The translations under genes were made by a program, and so were the position numbers. Of a DNA stretch of 64,000 bases, positions 1-11,379 are shown piece by piece. Every line of letters starts with the position of its first letter. The stretch's first letter is position 1. The notes below the pieces were generated by a model. It did no database searches. It was not told the origin of the DNA and saw only the letters and a list, made by a program, of their open reading frames with translations. The stretch is from Argiope bruennichi (Eukaryota), in assembly GCF_947563725.1 (NCBI RefSeq), contig NC_079163.1, forward strand, positions 54,630,922 to 54,694,921. The letters run 5' to 3'.

Positions 1-1765
1 ATATCTGAGTGTATCTTGGTTCCTACTGGATGGATCGTAAAACTTCTCGAACTTCCCAATATGATCCATTTTGTCGCCAAGCCGCCAAATGATCGCCAAG
101 TCTGTCGCCAAGCTCTGAGTTCATTGAGCTCAACACGCACAGGACAGATCGTACAATGGTCTTTCTTACGATGACTCTATTCGTGATGGGTAGCAAAATT
201 ACAGATTTGTAACAATATTTATTCACTTCTATTACTGAAAAAACTTTTGAAAAATAAACGCATCAATATATAGATAGACCCTTAGTCTATTTCACACAAA
301 TCATTAAAAATATAATGAATCTCTTTTTCAGTTCAATAATTAATATTTGTAACTCATTTTATGAGAATCATAAAAAAAAGTAAATAGATATAACCTTCGA
401 AATTTCTTCCCAAATAAAAGCACCAATTATTTTCACAGATGTCTACTATTATTTAAATGGTAACAAATACAGTGACATTTATTTTATTCATCAAAACGGT
501 GCAGAACATCTATTAATTACATTTTTGTCATATTTGTTCCTTTTTCTATTTAAAAAAAATATAGACATCTTGAGTTATTTCATATTGAAGAAGGAAAATC
601 CAGTATTTCGAAGATTTTTCATAATTAAGAAGAAGTATTTTAAAATTTATTAGTTCTCTGATATTTATCCAAAAGTTTTATTATTTAAAAAAATTCATTG
701 TTTCAAAAAATTCATAATTAATAATGACACGTCTGTTTTCTTTCTCGGAGTAATGTTTATCTTGTTTTTAAAGGGAACTGACTAATCCGTTTATATTCTT
801 CCACGTATAAAAATTAAAATTTCGCAGTTTTAAAAATATCTAATCAACATCTGTAGAAAATATTTTTTAAAAATAATAATTGGAAAGTATCTATCGTGAT
901 AAAAATAACATGGACAGTAGCGATTAAAAAATACAGAGTGCATTCAAAAATACGAAACATTATAACAAATATTCTATTTTTCATCGTCTATACATTTGTC
1001 AATGTTTTAAAAATATGCTTTGTGGATTAAAAAGATCCAAAAATAATTTTTTCGTCAACAGTCTTAATGCACTTGCGTTTTAGTGGCTTTCTTATTAATT
1101 CACTTAATATTAAAATAAAAATTTATTGATGCATAACTCGGGTGGAATCGAATATGAAATAGAAAGTTAGCTTTGTAGATGTTTTCAATAAAGAAATCCA
1201 ATAAAAAAAATTTTCATTGTCACTTTTTCAAGTATTTGCTATTTCATTCGATCTGGTTCATAGTTGTACAGACAGAATTTTGAAATCGATTTTTCACTCC
1301 CTGTTAGGCTATAGTTTTGAATTTTCTTATGCGTTCTTGATAAAAGTACACTATTTCAATTTTTTTAGAACTTTTTTGTCAGATAATTTATGAATTTGTT
1401 TAAATTTTAATTCCATACTAGTGGAATTAAATAATTGGTAATGAATTTGAAAAAAGAAATTTGAAATCGCATAATATTTATACTAAATTTAAATTAAATG
1501 TAGGAAATAATTTTTAAACATTTTATTTTTTTTATTGCACAGTAAAAGTGAGATTTAAAAAACTGTTTTTTTATTTATCTTATTTATTACGTCATTACAC
1601 CAAAAATTCAATATGAATTCAATTTGAATAAACAATTCAACTTTCTGAACATTTTCAAAGAAAAGGGTTTTTCCCAAGTATACACCAAGTTATAAATTAT
1701 TATTATTATTTGAAGAATGCAAAGCTACACAAAAACTATTTTTAAAAAGTGAAATGATTCCTTAA

Positions 1766-2068
1766 CCGTTTCTAGGGCCGTGGGAAGTATGCTTCCCACC
1801 AAATTTATCAATCTTTGTATGAAATTATGTAGGTTAGCATAAGTTCTGACAAATTTTTTTAGTAAGTCAGAAACTTAGATGCTTCAGTTCTTTATCTCAG
1901 ACAAAATGATGTGTCTTGATTTGTTACTTAATTATTAATTAACCAAATTAATTAATTAATCAAATTAAATTTATCTAATAAGCTAAATGAATCCCTTTTC
2001 TTATTCTAATTTCAAGCCTAAAAATATTTTAACATAATATGACTATAAAAAAATTGCTCTTTAAAGGG
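1766..2068 (+). mobile_element. piggyBac-like MITE (non-autonomous, TTAA target, termini CCGTTTCTAGGGCC ... GCTCTTTAAAGGG), copy 1
   Basis: TTAA sits at 1762-1765 immediately 5' of CCGTTTCTAGGG. The 3' end is ...CTTTAAAGGG followed by TGAA, a degenerate TTAA. About 300 bp, AT-rich, non-coding. It is homologous over its full length to the minus-strand copies at 29019-29344 and 29349-29615. The terminal CCCTAGAAA-type motif matches the piggyBac terminal inverted repeat (TIR) start. Confidence 0.6.
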
Positions 2069-2145
2069 TGAAACTATGATCAAACAATACTGGTAATATT
2101 TCAGAAATCATTTTTTTTCATAAAGTCACATTTTTCCATCAGTGC

Positions 2146-2617
2146 TTATGCATGATCCACATCGTTCCATGTCTGTGTACGCAAATAATTTTCAATGCAT
2201 TCATATTCGAACACGCAATCCTCCAATTCAGCTCCGTTCCAAAATAAGCCATGCCTATAAAAAAAGTCATTTTTGCGAATATATGCTCTGACTGATGCTT
2301 TGCCACTCTCTATAACTAGTGTCGATGGAATGACGATTCTGGCTCCATCTTGTACCAAGAAAAATGCATATAAATACATTCTGTTGGATAGTGAATGTAG
2401 GACACTATTTCTTCTCTGCTGAATATTGTAATGGCCAAATTGCATCTATGAAAGCATCCAATAAAGTGTCCATGGCTAAAAAGAATATGGTGTGTCTCTT
2501 CTTCCAATTGGCTAAGCGAGTCCTAACCTGTAGGGAAAATTTATAGACCGCTCGGAAAATTATTACTATTATTCGTTCTGTGTCACCAATATCCTTCTTA
2601 TTGGAACAAATTTTCAT
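2146..2617 (-). pseudogene. decayed PIF/Harbinger-like DDE transposase fragment (frameshifted, C-terminal part)
   Basis: Three overlapping minus-strand ORFs in different frames carry motifs in the order expected for DDE_Tnp_4: NWKKRHT, then FIDAIWPLQ (compare RFIDVxxGWPGS), then FLVQDGARIVIPS (compare LLGDSGYPLxP), then FFYRHGLF (compare FNxRHSxAR). The segment is locally GC-richer than its surroundings. Frameshifts between the motifs indicate a pseudogene. Confidence 0.3.
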
Positions 2618-3675
2618 CCGGCATAATTTTCAAGAGAATAAATTTTAGGACTGATTTTGGATCCTTGTTGATGGATATGTTTCCAGCTTACTTAACTACT
2701 TATGATAATTTTTGGGCTCTTTTTTTGCCCTTAAAACCGATATCAGTCTTTATCTGATTTTTATATTGTACTAAGCCATGCTGGTTGGTTGTGAGGTTCA
2801 GTGATGGAAGAGCCATTTTCTTGCTAAACTGCGCCAAAGCTATGGTTAAACTAGCGAATTAAAAGTGGTATATTAATGAAAATCTCTGTTCTTTTAGAAA
2901 TGACCACCGTTTTAATGCTTCCTTTGTTGCCAATATGCATTATAATTGGTTAATTACTTATTATTTTCGAGCAAGTTTAATTACACTTCGATAAGCTCAA
3001 CTTAAAATACTACAAGCGGTATCCAAATACTAAGTTCCGTTAATCAGTTTAAAAAAATGAAACGATTATTAGAAAACATTTTTATTGCATAATGAAGTAC
3101 AATGTTTAAATTATTTCTAAACATTGTTGTCATCATTTCTGAAACATTCACCAGAGTAGGAGACGAATTCTTGTGTGTTCCCATCACAAAAAGATGCCGT
3201 CTTCGGTGATGAAAAAATAAGCAGAAAATTTGAGAAAAATGAATTGACAGTGTTGGAATGGCAAATTTTCAATTCTTCTTAATCCTCTTCCGCAAATCAT
3301 CATCAAATAATCAATTCTTATCATCAATCTTCAGGAAATCATTATCGATCAGAGACCATCATCCAATTCGTTTCTCATCGTGAACATTTTCAAATCCTTC
3401 AGTGAATCTCTCACATATATCCTTGCCATCGAATCACTCATCACATTTTGCTCATAAACTTCACAAATTTATCTGGGAATTTCTATTGGTTTAGTTTTCA
3501 ATGCATTAAAAAAGTAGATGATAGAACTTAACGCCTGTAGGTGTGGTGGGGGGGGGGATTTCTATTTTTTTTTAAAAATCATTTTAAACGCTCAACATGC
3601 AGCAGACGCTACACTCGGCGATCTAAAAGTAACTTCTATTGTTCGCCAATGAGTCAGCAAAGTGGGCATTGCGCT

Positions 3676-4287
3676 TCTTCTTGTGTACAGCCGACTACCC
3701 CTCCACCACTGAACGTAGCAGTATCGACAGGATTTGTCGTGGCCGACTGCTATCTTTAACATTGTCCATCTTTACATTGACCGATTTGTCAAACTGACAT
3801 TTTCTTCGAGGTAATTGGCCACAAAGTGGTCAATTACTGTCCTTCTATAAAACAAGGAACAGGCCGTCACTAAGAGAAAATCTCCGCGAAATTCTAAATA
3901 TTTCTTCAAATTCTCGTTTCACAACAACTGAAATCCGGACACTTTCAAGCTCTCAAACAGTTAATAAAAACTGACAATTTTTAATATCTTCAGAGTTTTA
4001 AGATTACCTGGTATCATCAGTACTGTACTTAAGTCATTATTTTCAACTTTCAGATTTTTTCTTAACTCCAAGATTTCTATGCATTCCTTTAAATAGTGGT
4101 AAATAGTACCGATTCCTCCACAAATGCATTTATTTTCCTGTATTCTTCCAAATTTTTGGAAATATACAGGAACTCTCCCATGTCCTGATATAATCTGGAT
4201 TACCAGTGGATGGTATCTTCTTATGTTTATTTCTGGATTAGAAATAAAGTCGAAAGTTACTCTTCCTTTTCTGGACATATATCATAA
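3676..4287 (-). mobile_element. 5'-truncated non-LTR retrotransposon (LINE) fragment, 3' UTR plus ORF2 C-terminus, flanked by candidate 17-18 bp direct repeats
   Basis: It contains the RT C-terminal remnant at 3961-4278. Near-identical direct repeats GCAAAGTGGGCA(T/A)TGCGC lie at 3658-3675 and 4293-4310, bracketing the fragment as expected for a target-site duplication (TSD). Confidence 0.45.
3961..4278 (-). pseudogene. non-LTR retrotransposon ORF2 C-terminal domain remnant
   Basis: The translation ...IISGHGRVPVYFQKFGRIQENKCICGGIGTIYHYLKECIEILELRKNLK matches the conserved LINE ORF2 3'-terminal motif, tGHGxfxxYLxrFgxxxxxxCxCGxxxxTxxHxLxEC followed by R..L. Confidence 0.65.
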
Positions 4288-4627
4288 GCAAAGTGGGCAA
4301 TGCGCGAAATCACGAATTCAGTACTTTCATAGCAAAAACTGAAAACGGAACTTAGTTTCTGGATGCCTGGTGTATAATATTGTCATAAAGTTTTGAAGAT
4401 TATTTGAAATTAAAAATATTATTTTCAAAGGAACAGAAAGCTGCTTTTATTCTTTTTTTGTCGAGAAGCCATCCAAATAAACCTTGGTGAAATTAGAACT
4501 GTTTCCGCCATCTCGAAGGAAATTTGGACCATGTGAATAAGTCGGGAAAGGTAGTGATTATGCATGTAATTTTTTTCTTCTACGTCTTACATTAAAATTT
4601 GATGATATATGCTAAAATAGGAAGTGT

Positions 4628-4928
4628 CATTATTATGCACGCGGCGATTTTTGTCATTATTATGTGCACGGCGATTTTTGTCATTATTATGTATACGGCG
4701 ATTTTTGTCATTATTATGTGCACGGCGATTTTTGTCATTATTATGTACACGGCGAGTTTTGTCATTATTATGTATACTGCGATTTTTGTCATTATTATGT
4801 TCACGGCGATTTTTGTCATTATTATGTATACGGCGATTTTTGTCATTATTCGATTGTCATTATTATGTACACGGCGATTTTTGTCATTATTATGTATACG
4901 GCGATTTTTGTCATTATTATGTACACAA
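4628..4928. repeat. 27-bp minisatellite, about 11 copies (unit CATTATTATGTRCACGGCGATTTTTGT)
   Basis: Units were counted directly. One truncated unit lies at 4851-4863. All listed ORFs at 4592-5017 are artefacts of this repeat. Confidence 0.9.
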
Positions 4929-5543
4929 GATTTTTTTTAAAAAGCGAGATTTGTGCGACCACATATCACCATGAACATGTGAACATAAAATGTCACTTTA
5001 ACAATTTTCTATGTTAGCTCTATTGCAGTTCATCAACACTACAAGTATAATTCTAGGCTATGATTAATAGGCAATCTACATAGCAAAGTCTGGTACATTT
5101 TAATGCAAATAGAGAACAAAATAAGAAAACTGTAAGGCATGTTTAAAAGTAGATGTTTTTAAAGAAATAATAATTTTAATATAGATACAGCAAAATAATG
5201 AATTAACACCTATGAAACTCTACAAAAGTTTATTACGGAAATGAAAACAGTATTTGACTCCGCTTATTTAATGAAATTTCATTTATGTCAAAAAAAATTA
5301 TTCATACCTAAATATAATAATAAAATAAATGTTAGTAAATAACTTAGAGAAAATATTATTAAAAAAATTGAAAGCTTTTATTATGTTAAAAAAATTGTGT
5401 CAACGATTATGCTTGGTTTAATTTCATTCAAATAAAATTCAATCTTTACATTTTTAATAGTATTTAGTTTCATTAAAGAAAAAAAAGATTTATTTTTAAA
5501 TATTAATAACAAAGAAAGTCGTTTAATATTTTTCAAGGCACAA

Positions 5544-5690
5544 AATGGAATTATTCTTTTAAAAAGTATCTTTTATTATTCTTTCACGTATGTATAAAGA
5601 ACTATGTCTAAAAAAATGGAATTATTCTTTTAAAAAGTATCTTTTATTATTCTTTCACGTATATATAAAGAACTATGCCTAAAAAAATTC
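5544..5690. repeat. tandem duplication of about 73 bp, 2 copies
   Basis: ATGGAATTATTCTTTTAAAAAGTATCTTTTATTATTCTTTCACGTAT(G/A)TATAAAGAACTATG(T/C)CTAAAAAA occurs twice head to tail. Confidence 0.75.
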
Positions 5691-6049
5691 ATTTGAATAA
5701 CAATGAACTTCTGTTTTTAGTTATAATAATAAGAAAAGAAGTAGTAAAGTGGTTTTGAACAAAATTGAAAGGAATATTTTTAATCAAAAGGCACAATTAT
5801 AATTAATTGTATAAAACGAAATACGGACATTTGGCTGGTAAACCCAAAACCGATGTCAGAATGACATTTAGAGATTAAGAATATTGTTATAAAAATAACT
5901 ATTGTTAAAATTATATGTAGAGAGAGACAGAGAGAGAAAGACATTATAATAATAATCAATATTAATAATGTAGCTTATTGTTATAATGTACTTTTTAAAA
6001 ATTAAGTAATTAATTTAATCATAGCCTACATTGCTGCTCAATATAAAAG

Positions 6050-6665
6050 GTAGTTGAATATACCAAAATATTATAACTTTTTTTAATAATAAAGTAACTT
6101 AAAATGCGGAAATTTAACTATTTACACCGTCGTAAACTCGTTTCTTAATGAACTCGTTAATGTAGCTAAACTTAAGATAGTAACCATCTTCATTTTGTAC
6201 CATTGTTTACAAATATAATAAAGCTTTGGCTACAATAATTTCCAAGATAGCAGATGTGAAAAGGCCCAAAGAGCTCTTCACACCAACTTAACTCGTAAGT
6301 ACCTTAATGTTTTACTAGGCTATACACTCGTTAATTTTGAATGTCTTCGCACTCTTTCAGGATGAGTGCTCTAAAAGGCTTACTGTTAATGGATAATTTG
6401 AGCATCTGCATTTGGTCAGTGAATGCATCTCCTTTAGGAAGTTCTTAAGCATGGTCATTTGTACTAAAATGATTCTATCTTTAAATGATGCCGATAATAT
6501 TTCTTATTCGAAATGCAGGTCTTATTTTGAACTAGTAGTGGATCATGAGTAGCTTTTCCTTCCTTAGATTTAGAACTTCGAAATTCTTAAATAACACTGC
6601 TGTTGAAATTCGTAAATTTTGCAAAAAGGAAAAGAAATGTTAGCATCTGAGCTCTGCAAAGTATT
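6050..6665 (+). repeat. dispersed segmental repeat of about 600 bp, copy 1 (partner at 8110-8715)
   Basis: It aligns co-linearly with 8110-8715. Identity is about 80-88% in the flanks, with a near-identical core of about 110 bp at 6346-6457. Confidence 0.75.
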
Positions 6666-8109
6666 ATTTTTTGATTTATAAACTATGCAAACTAAGTGAA
6701 GGAAAGTAAGAAATAACAAAAATAATTTGAAAAGTCCATTAGTGTTTAAAAAAATATAGTTCATAAAGCTTCTAGGCTTAATAAAATATAGTTCCAAGCA
6801 AAAATCGTTTCATTACGGTGTTTCATTAAAATGTAAAAAATCATTCCTTCTTAGACATATAAACATTGAACGAGATCATAAAATATTTTAAAGAAAGAAC
6901 ACATATAATAATGTTTTCAAAAAATTCATTATTATTAAAAGCGCTTGAAAAGAATAATGCCTAATTAAATTTCATTTCTGTAAAATTATTTTTCACATTA
7001 ATAAAGAAAGTGGTCGTAAAATATTCTGTTTGTTTTTTATAACATAAAGCTTCTTTAAAAATGGAAAATTCATTCTTTCAAAAAATATTGAAACAAAGGA
7101 TGTTAAGCGTTTAAGAGAAACACAAAATGATTTTCATAAAAAAAATTCTATTATTCGTAAAAGCTTGTGTAAGAATCATAAAAATATTCATAAGAAATAA
7201 AATTTCACTTCAGTAAACAAGAATTTTTATTTTTTATCATGTACATACAGAAAGAGATCAGAAAATAATTCTGGATGTAATGCAAGAGACTTTTTAATAC
7301 GTCTTTATTAGGATTAAATGTAGTAGTACGATTACTGTACAAATAATCTACAATTAAAATGAGAGTCTACATTTGAAGATTAAAAATATAACTTTTTGAC
7401 TAAAATGTAGTTTATTAAAATTTGATAATTAACTGAAAAAATTATAATGTACGGTATAGTTTCTATGCCAGGGAAAATAGATATATACTACAAAATGAAA
7501 AGAAAAAAAATGTTTTAAATAAATTGGAAAATTATTATTTAGGCCGTTTGAGTCGATAAATATAATATAGGAAAATTAATAATTTTAATTTTATCTTATG
7601 ATCTTATTAGCCATATTTAATAAAATATGCTTTACATGCTAATAATTTAAACAAAAAAAATCCATTCTTCTGTGTCCAAAACCGACTGAGTTATGAAGCA
7701 TTGAAAATCAATATTTCAAACGATTTTAGACCATTTTAATGACCTCTTAGTGGAAGACTCACAAAGAAAAGACCGACACTTGGTCATGGTAGCCGTTGAT
7801 TGGCTTAAAATAAATAAATTCCAAATTTATAGCTCGGTCGGTTTTGGTCTAATAAAAAAGAAGTATATTAAAATGCATATGTTATATGTATTATGCCATA
7901 TCTTTGTCAAAAATATTTAACTAAATATAATAATAGGATGAGAGCTCTGAATAAAAATTTAGAAATCTTAACTTTTGAACTCTACATTTATAGACTTAAA
8001 CAAACTATAAGATAATACTTTACGTCATTAAAAGCATTTTGCCGATTGGCATCTCTAATGGGTTAAAAATTAAGTATTCGGTAATGATTAGAGTGAATGC
8101 CTAATATAA

Positions 8110-8715
8110 TGTAGTTGAACATAGAAAGGTATTTTTTAATGATACATTTACTTAAAATGCTGAAATTCAACAATTTGAACCGTTCAAAACCGGTTTCTTA
8201 ATGAATTCGTTAGTGTTGTTACATTCCATCCTCAGTTTCTGCCATTGTTTACGAATACAATAAAGTCTTCGTTACTATAATTTCCAGAACGGTACATGTA
8301 AAATGGCCCAACGAGCTCTTCACACCAACTTTAACTCGTAAGTGCCTTAATGTTTTAGGAGGCTATACACTCGTTAGTTTTGACATTCCAGCACTCTTTC
8401 AGGATGAGTGCTCTAAAAGGCTTACTGTTAATGGATAATTTGAGCATCTGCATTTGGTCAGTGAATGCATCTCCCTTAGGAAGTTCTTAAGCACAGTCAT
8501 TTGTGCTAAAATGATCTCATCTTTAAATGATGCTGATAATATTTCTTATTCGAAATGGAGTTCTTATTTCGAACTAGTAATGGAATCATGAATGGCTTCC
8601 CTTCCTTAGATTTAGAACTCCGAACTTCTTAAATAATGTTGATGATGAAATGCAGATGAAATTCGTGAATTTTCCAAGCAGGGAAATAAATGTTAAAATC
8701 TCAACTCTACACTGA
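8110..8715 (+). repeat. dispersed segmental repeat of about 600 bp, copy 2
   Basis: See the copy at 6050-6665. The conserved core is at 8389-8500. Confidence 0.75.
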
Positions 8716-9380
8716 ATGATTGTTTCTTTTTAAAGTTAAATAAAATAAATCTTTATTTTATTATCAATCCATTTTATTATCACGTGTAATGATCATTAAT
8801 CGTCATATTATTCTATAATTAACTTTAAAGTCAAGAAAATATAAATGATGTACATATGCGAGATAACAATGTTTAAAATAAATTTTAAAGATTTTGTTTT
8901 TTCCAGGGAGAAAATTTATAATAAAATTATATATTTTAAATGTTAAATGGTATTTTTTTCCTTACTTTATTATTGTTTTTTTAAATGTCTTCGAACTAAT
9001 ATAAGTGTGGTTCTTTTTTACCCAGAGATTTTACCCCAAACTTCGAATTTCTTATCAGACGAAATGCATCTAAATTGCATAAATGTTATAACAATATCAA
9101 GAAAATTTGAAATTTAATTACAAAAAGACAAAAAAATGTTGGTTTTTTCGTAGGACAAATTTCGTAGCCTACGACATGCATATATATTCTACACGTTTTG
9201 TAACCATGTAAAGAAAATTTTAAATTTAGTTTTAAAAAACTGTTTATTATTTTCTGGGGAAAATCATTTTAAAATTGTTTATTTTTGATGGCTGCATTGT
9301 ATTTGATGCTTACTTTAAATTATTAATAAAATCTTGAGTCTATCCATTTTACTGGCATTTAAAACCTCAAAGCAACTCAA

Positions 9381-11215
9381 AAAATTATGATGGATGAAAC
9401 CCGGCATATGGTTTCATAACCATTACTGTAGATGTGCATCAACATTTGGACCGAATCCATCACAGGTGCGATTTTCTGTCAATATGCCTAACATGTGTAT
9501 ATGAAAAGGGCGAATCCAAAACACAAGCAAAAAGTATGATGGATGAAACCCGGCATATGGTTTCATAACCATTACTGTAGATGTGCATCAACTTTTGGAC
9601 CGAATCCATCACAAGTGCGATTTTCTGTCAATATGCCTAACATGTGTATATGAAAAGGGCGAATCCATCACAAGTGTGATTTTCTGTCAATATGCCTAAC
9701 ATGTGTATATGAAAAGGGCGAATCCAAAACACAAGCAAAAAGTATGATGGATGAAACCCGGCATATGGTTTCATAACCATTACTGTAGATGTGCATCAAC
9801 TTTTGGACCGAATCCATCACAAGTGTGATTTTCTGTCAATATGCCTAACATGTGTATATGAAAAGGGCGAATCCAAAACACAAGCAAAAAGTATGATGGA
9901 TGAAACCCGGCATATGGTTTCATAACCATTACTGTAGATGTGCATCAACTTTTGGACCGAATCCATCACAAGTGTGATTTTCTGTCAATATGCCTAACAT
10001 GTGTATATGAAAAGGGCGAATCCAAAACACAAGCAAAAAGTATGATGGATGAAACCCGGCATATGGTTTCATAACCATTACTGTAGATGTGCATCAACAT
10101 TTGGACCGAATCCATCACAAGTGTGATTTTCTGTCAATATGCCTAACATGTGTATATGAAAAGGGCGAATCCAAAACACAAGCAAAAAGTATGATGGATG
10201 AAACCCGGCATATGGTTTCATAACCATTACTGTAGATGTGCATCAACTTTTGGACCGAATCCATCACAAGTGTGATTTTCTGTCAATATGCCTAACATGT
10301 GTATATGAAAAGGGCGAATCCAAAACACAAGCAAAAAGTATGATGGATGAAACCCGGCATATGGTTTCATAACCATTACTGTAGATGTGCATCAACTTTT
10401 GGACCGAATCCATCACAAGTGTGATTTTCTGTCAATATGCCTAACATGTGTATATGAAAAGGGCGAATCCAAAACACAAGCAAAAAGTATGATGGATGAA
10501 ACCCGGCATATGGTTTCATAACCATTACTGTAGATGTGCATCAACTTTTGGACCGAATCCATCACAAGTGTGATTTTCTGTCAATATGCCTAACATGTGT
10601 ATATGAAAAGGGCGAATCCAAAACACAAGCAAAAAGTATGATGGATGAAACCCGGCATATGGTTTCATAACCATTACTGTAGATGTGCATCAACATTTGG
10701 ACCGAATCCATCACAAGTGTGATTTTCTGTCAATATGCCTAACATGTGTATATGAAAAGGGCGAATCCAAAACACAAGCAAAAAGTATGATGGATGAAAC
10801 CCGGCATATGGTTTCATAACCATTACTGTAGATGTGCATCAACTTTTGGACCGAATCCATCACAAGTGTGATTTTCTGTCAATATGCCTAACATGTGTAT
10901 ATGAAAAGGGCGAATCCAAAACACAAGCAAAAAGTATGATGGATGAAACCCGGCATATGGTTTCATAACCATTACTGTAGATGTGCATCAACTTTTGGAC
11001 CGAATCCATCACAAATGTGATTTTCTGTCAATATGCCTAACATGTGTATATGAAAAGGGCGAATCCAAAACACAAGCAAAAAGTATGATGGATGAAACCC
11101 GGCATATGGTTTCATAACCATTACTGTAGATGTGCATCAACATTTGGACCAAATCCATCACAGGTGCGATTTTTTGTCGATATGTCTAACATGTGTATGT
11201 GAAAAGGCGAATCCA
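9381..11215. repeat. 149-bp satellite array, about 12 units
   Basis: The period was measured from recurring landmarks: AAAGTATGAT starts at 9739, 9888 and 10037, giving 149 bp. Units alternate between CAACATTTGG and CAACTTTTGG variants. One unit, at about 9600-9720, carries an internal 58-bp duplication. The edge units are more diverged. Confidence 0.9.
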
Positions 11216-11379
11216 AAACAGAACGAGTGTATTGAGTTTAGAATGCTTTATGATTCCTTGGCGCCAAAAATATTAATTTCGGAATCATGCCTATCTCTGA
11301 ACCCAATAACACAAAAGCTCAATGAACTTGAAAGATAAACTATATACGGGCTTTTTACTTAAAAAATTTGGACTTCTTC

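Noticed and set aside
1-230. GC-richer start of the window with a reiterated CGCCAAG motif and a 67-codon minus-strand ORF
   Set aside because: It is too short, and I recognise no motif. It could be the edge of a repeat or exon that lies outside the window, and it cannot be supported from the sequence available.
4592-5017. Four overlapping ORFs of 84-117 codons on both strands with striking internal periodicity (MTKIAVYII..., FLSLLC... repeats)
   Set aside because: They coincide exactly with the 27-bp minisatellite. A period of 27 is a multiple of 3, so any frame stays open. They are a repeat artefact, not a repeat-protein gene.
9381-11215. Regular direct repeats that could superficially suggest a CRISPR array
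   Set aside because: The units are 149 bp and contiguous, with no unique spacers. The context is eukaryotic and AT-rich, with SINEs and LINEs. This is a satellite, not CRISPR.
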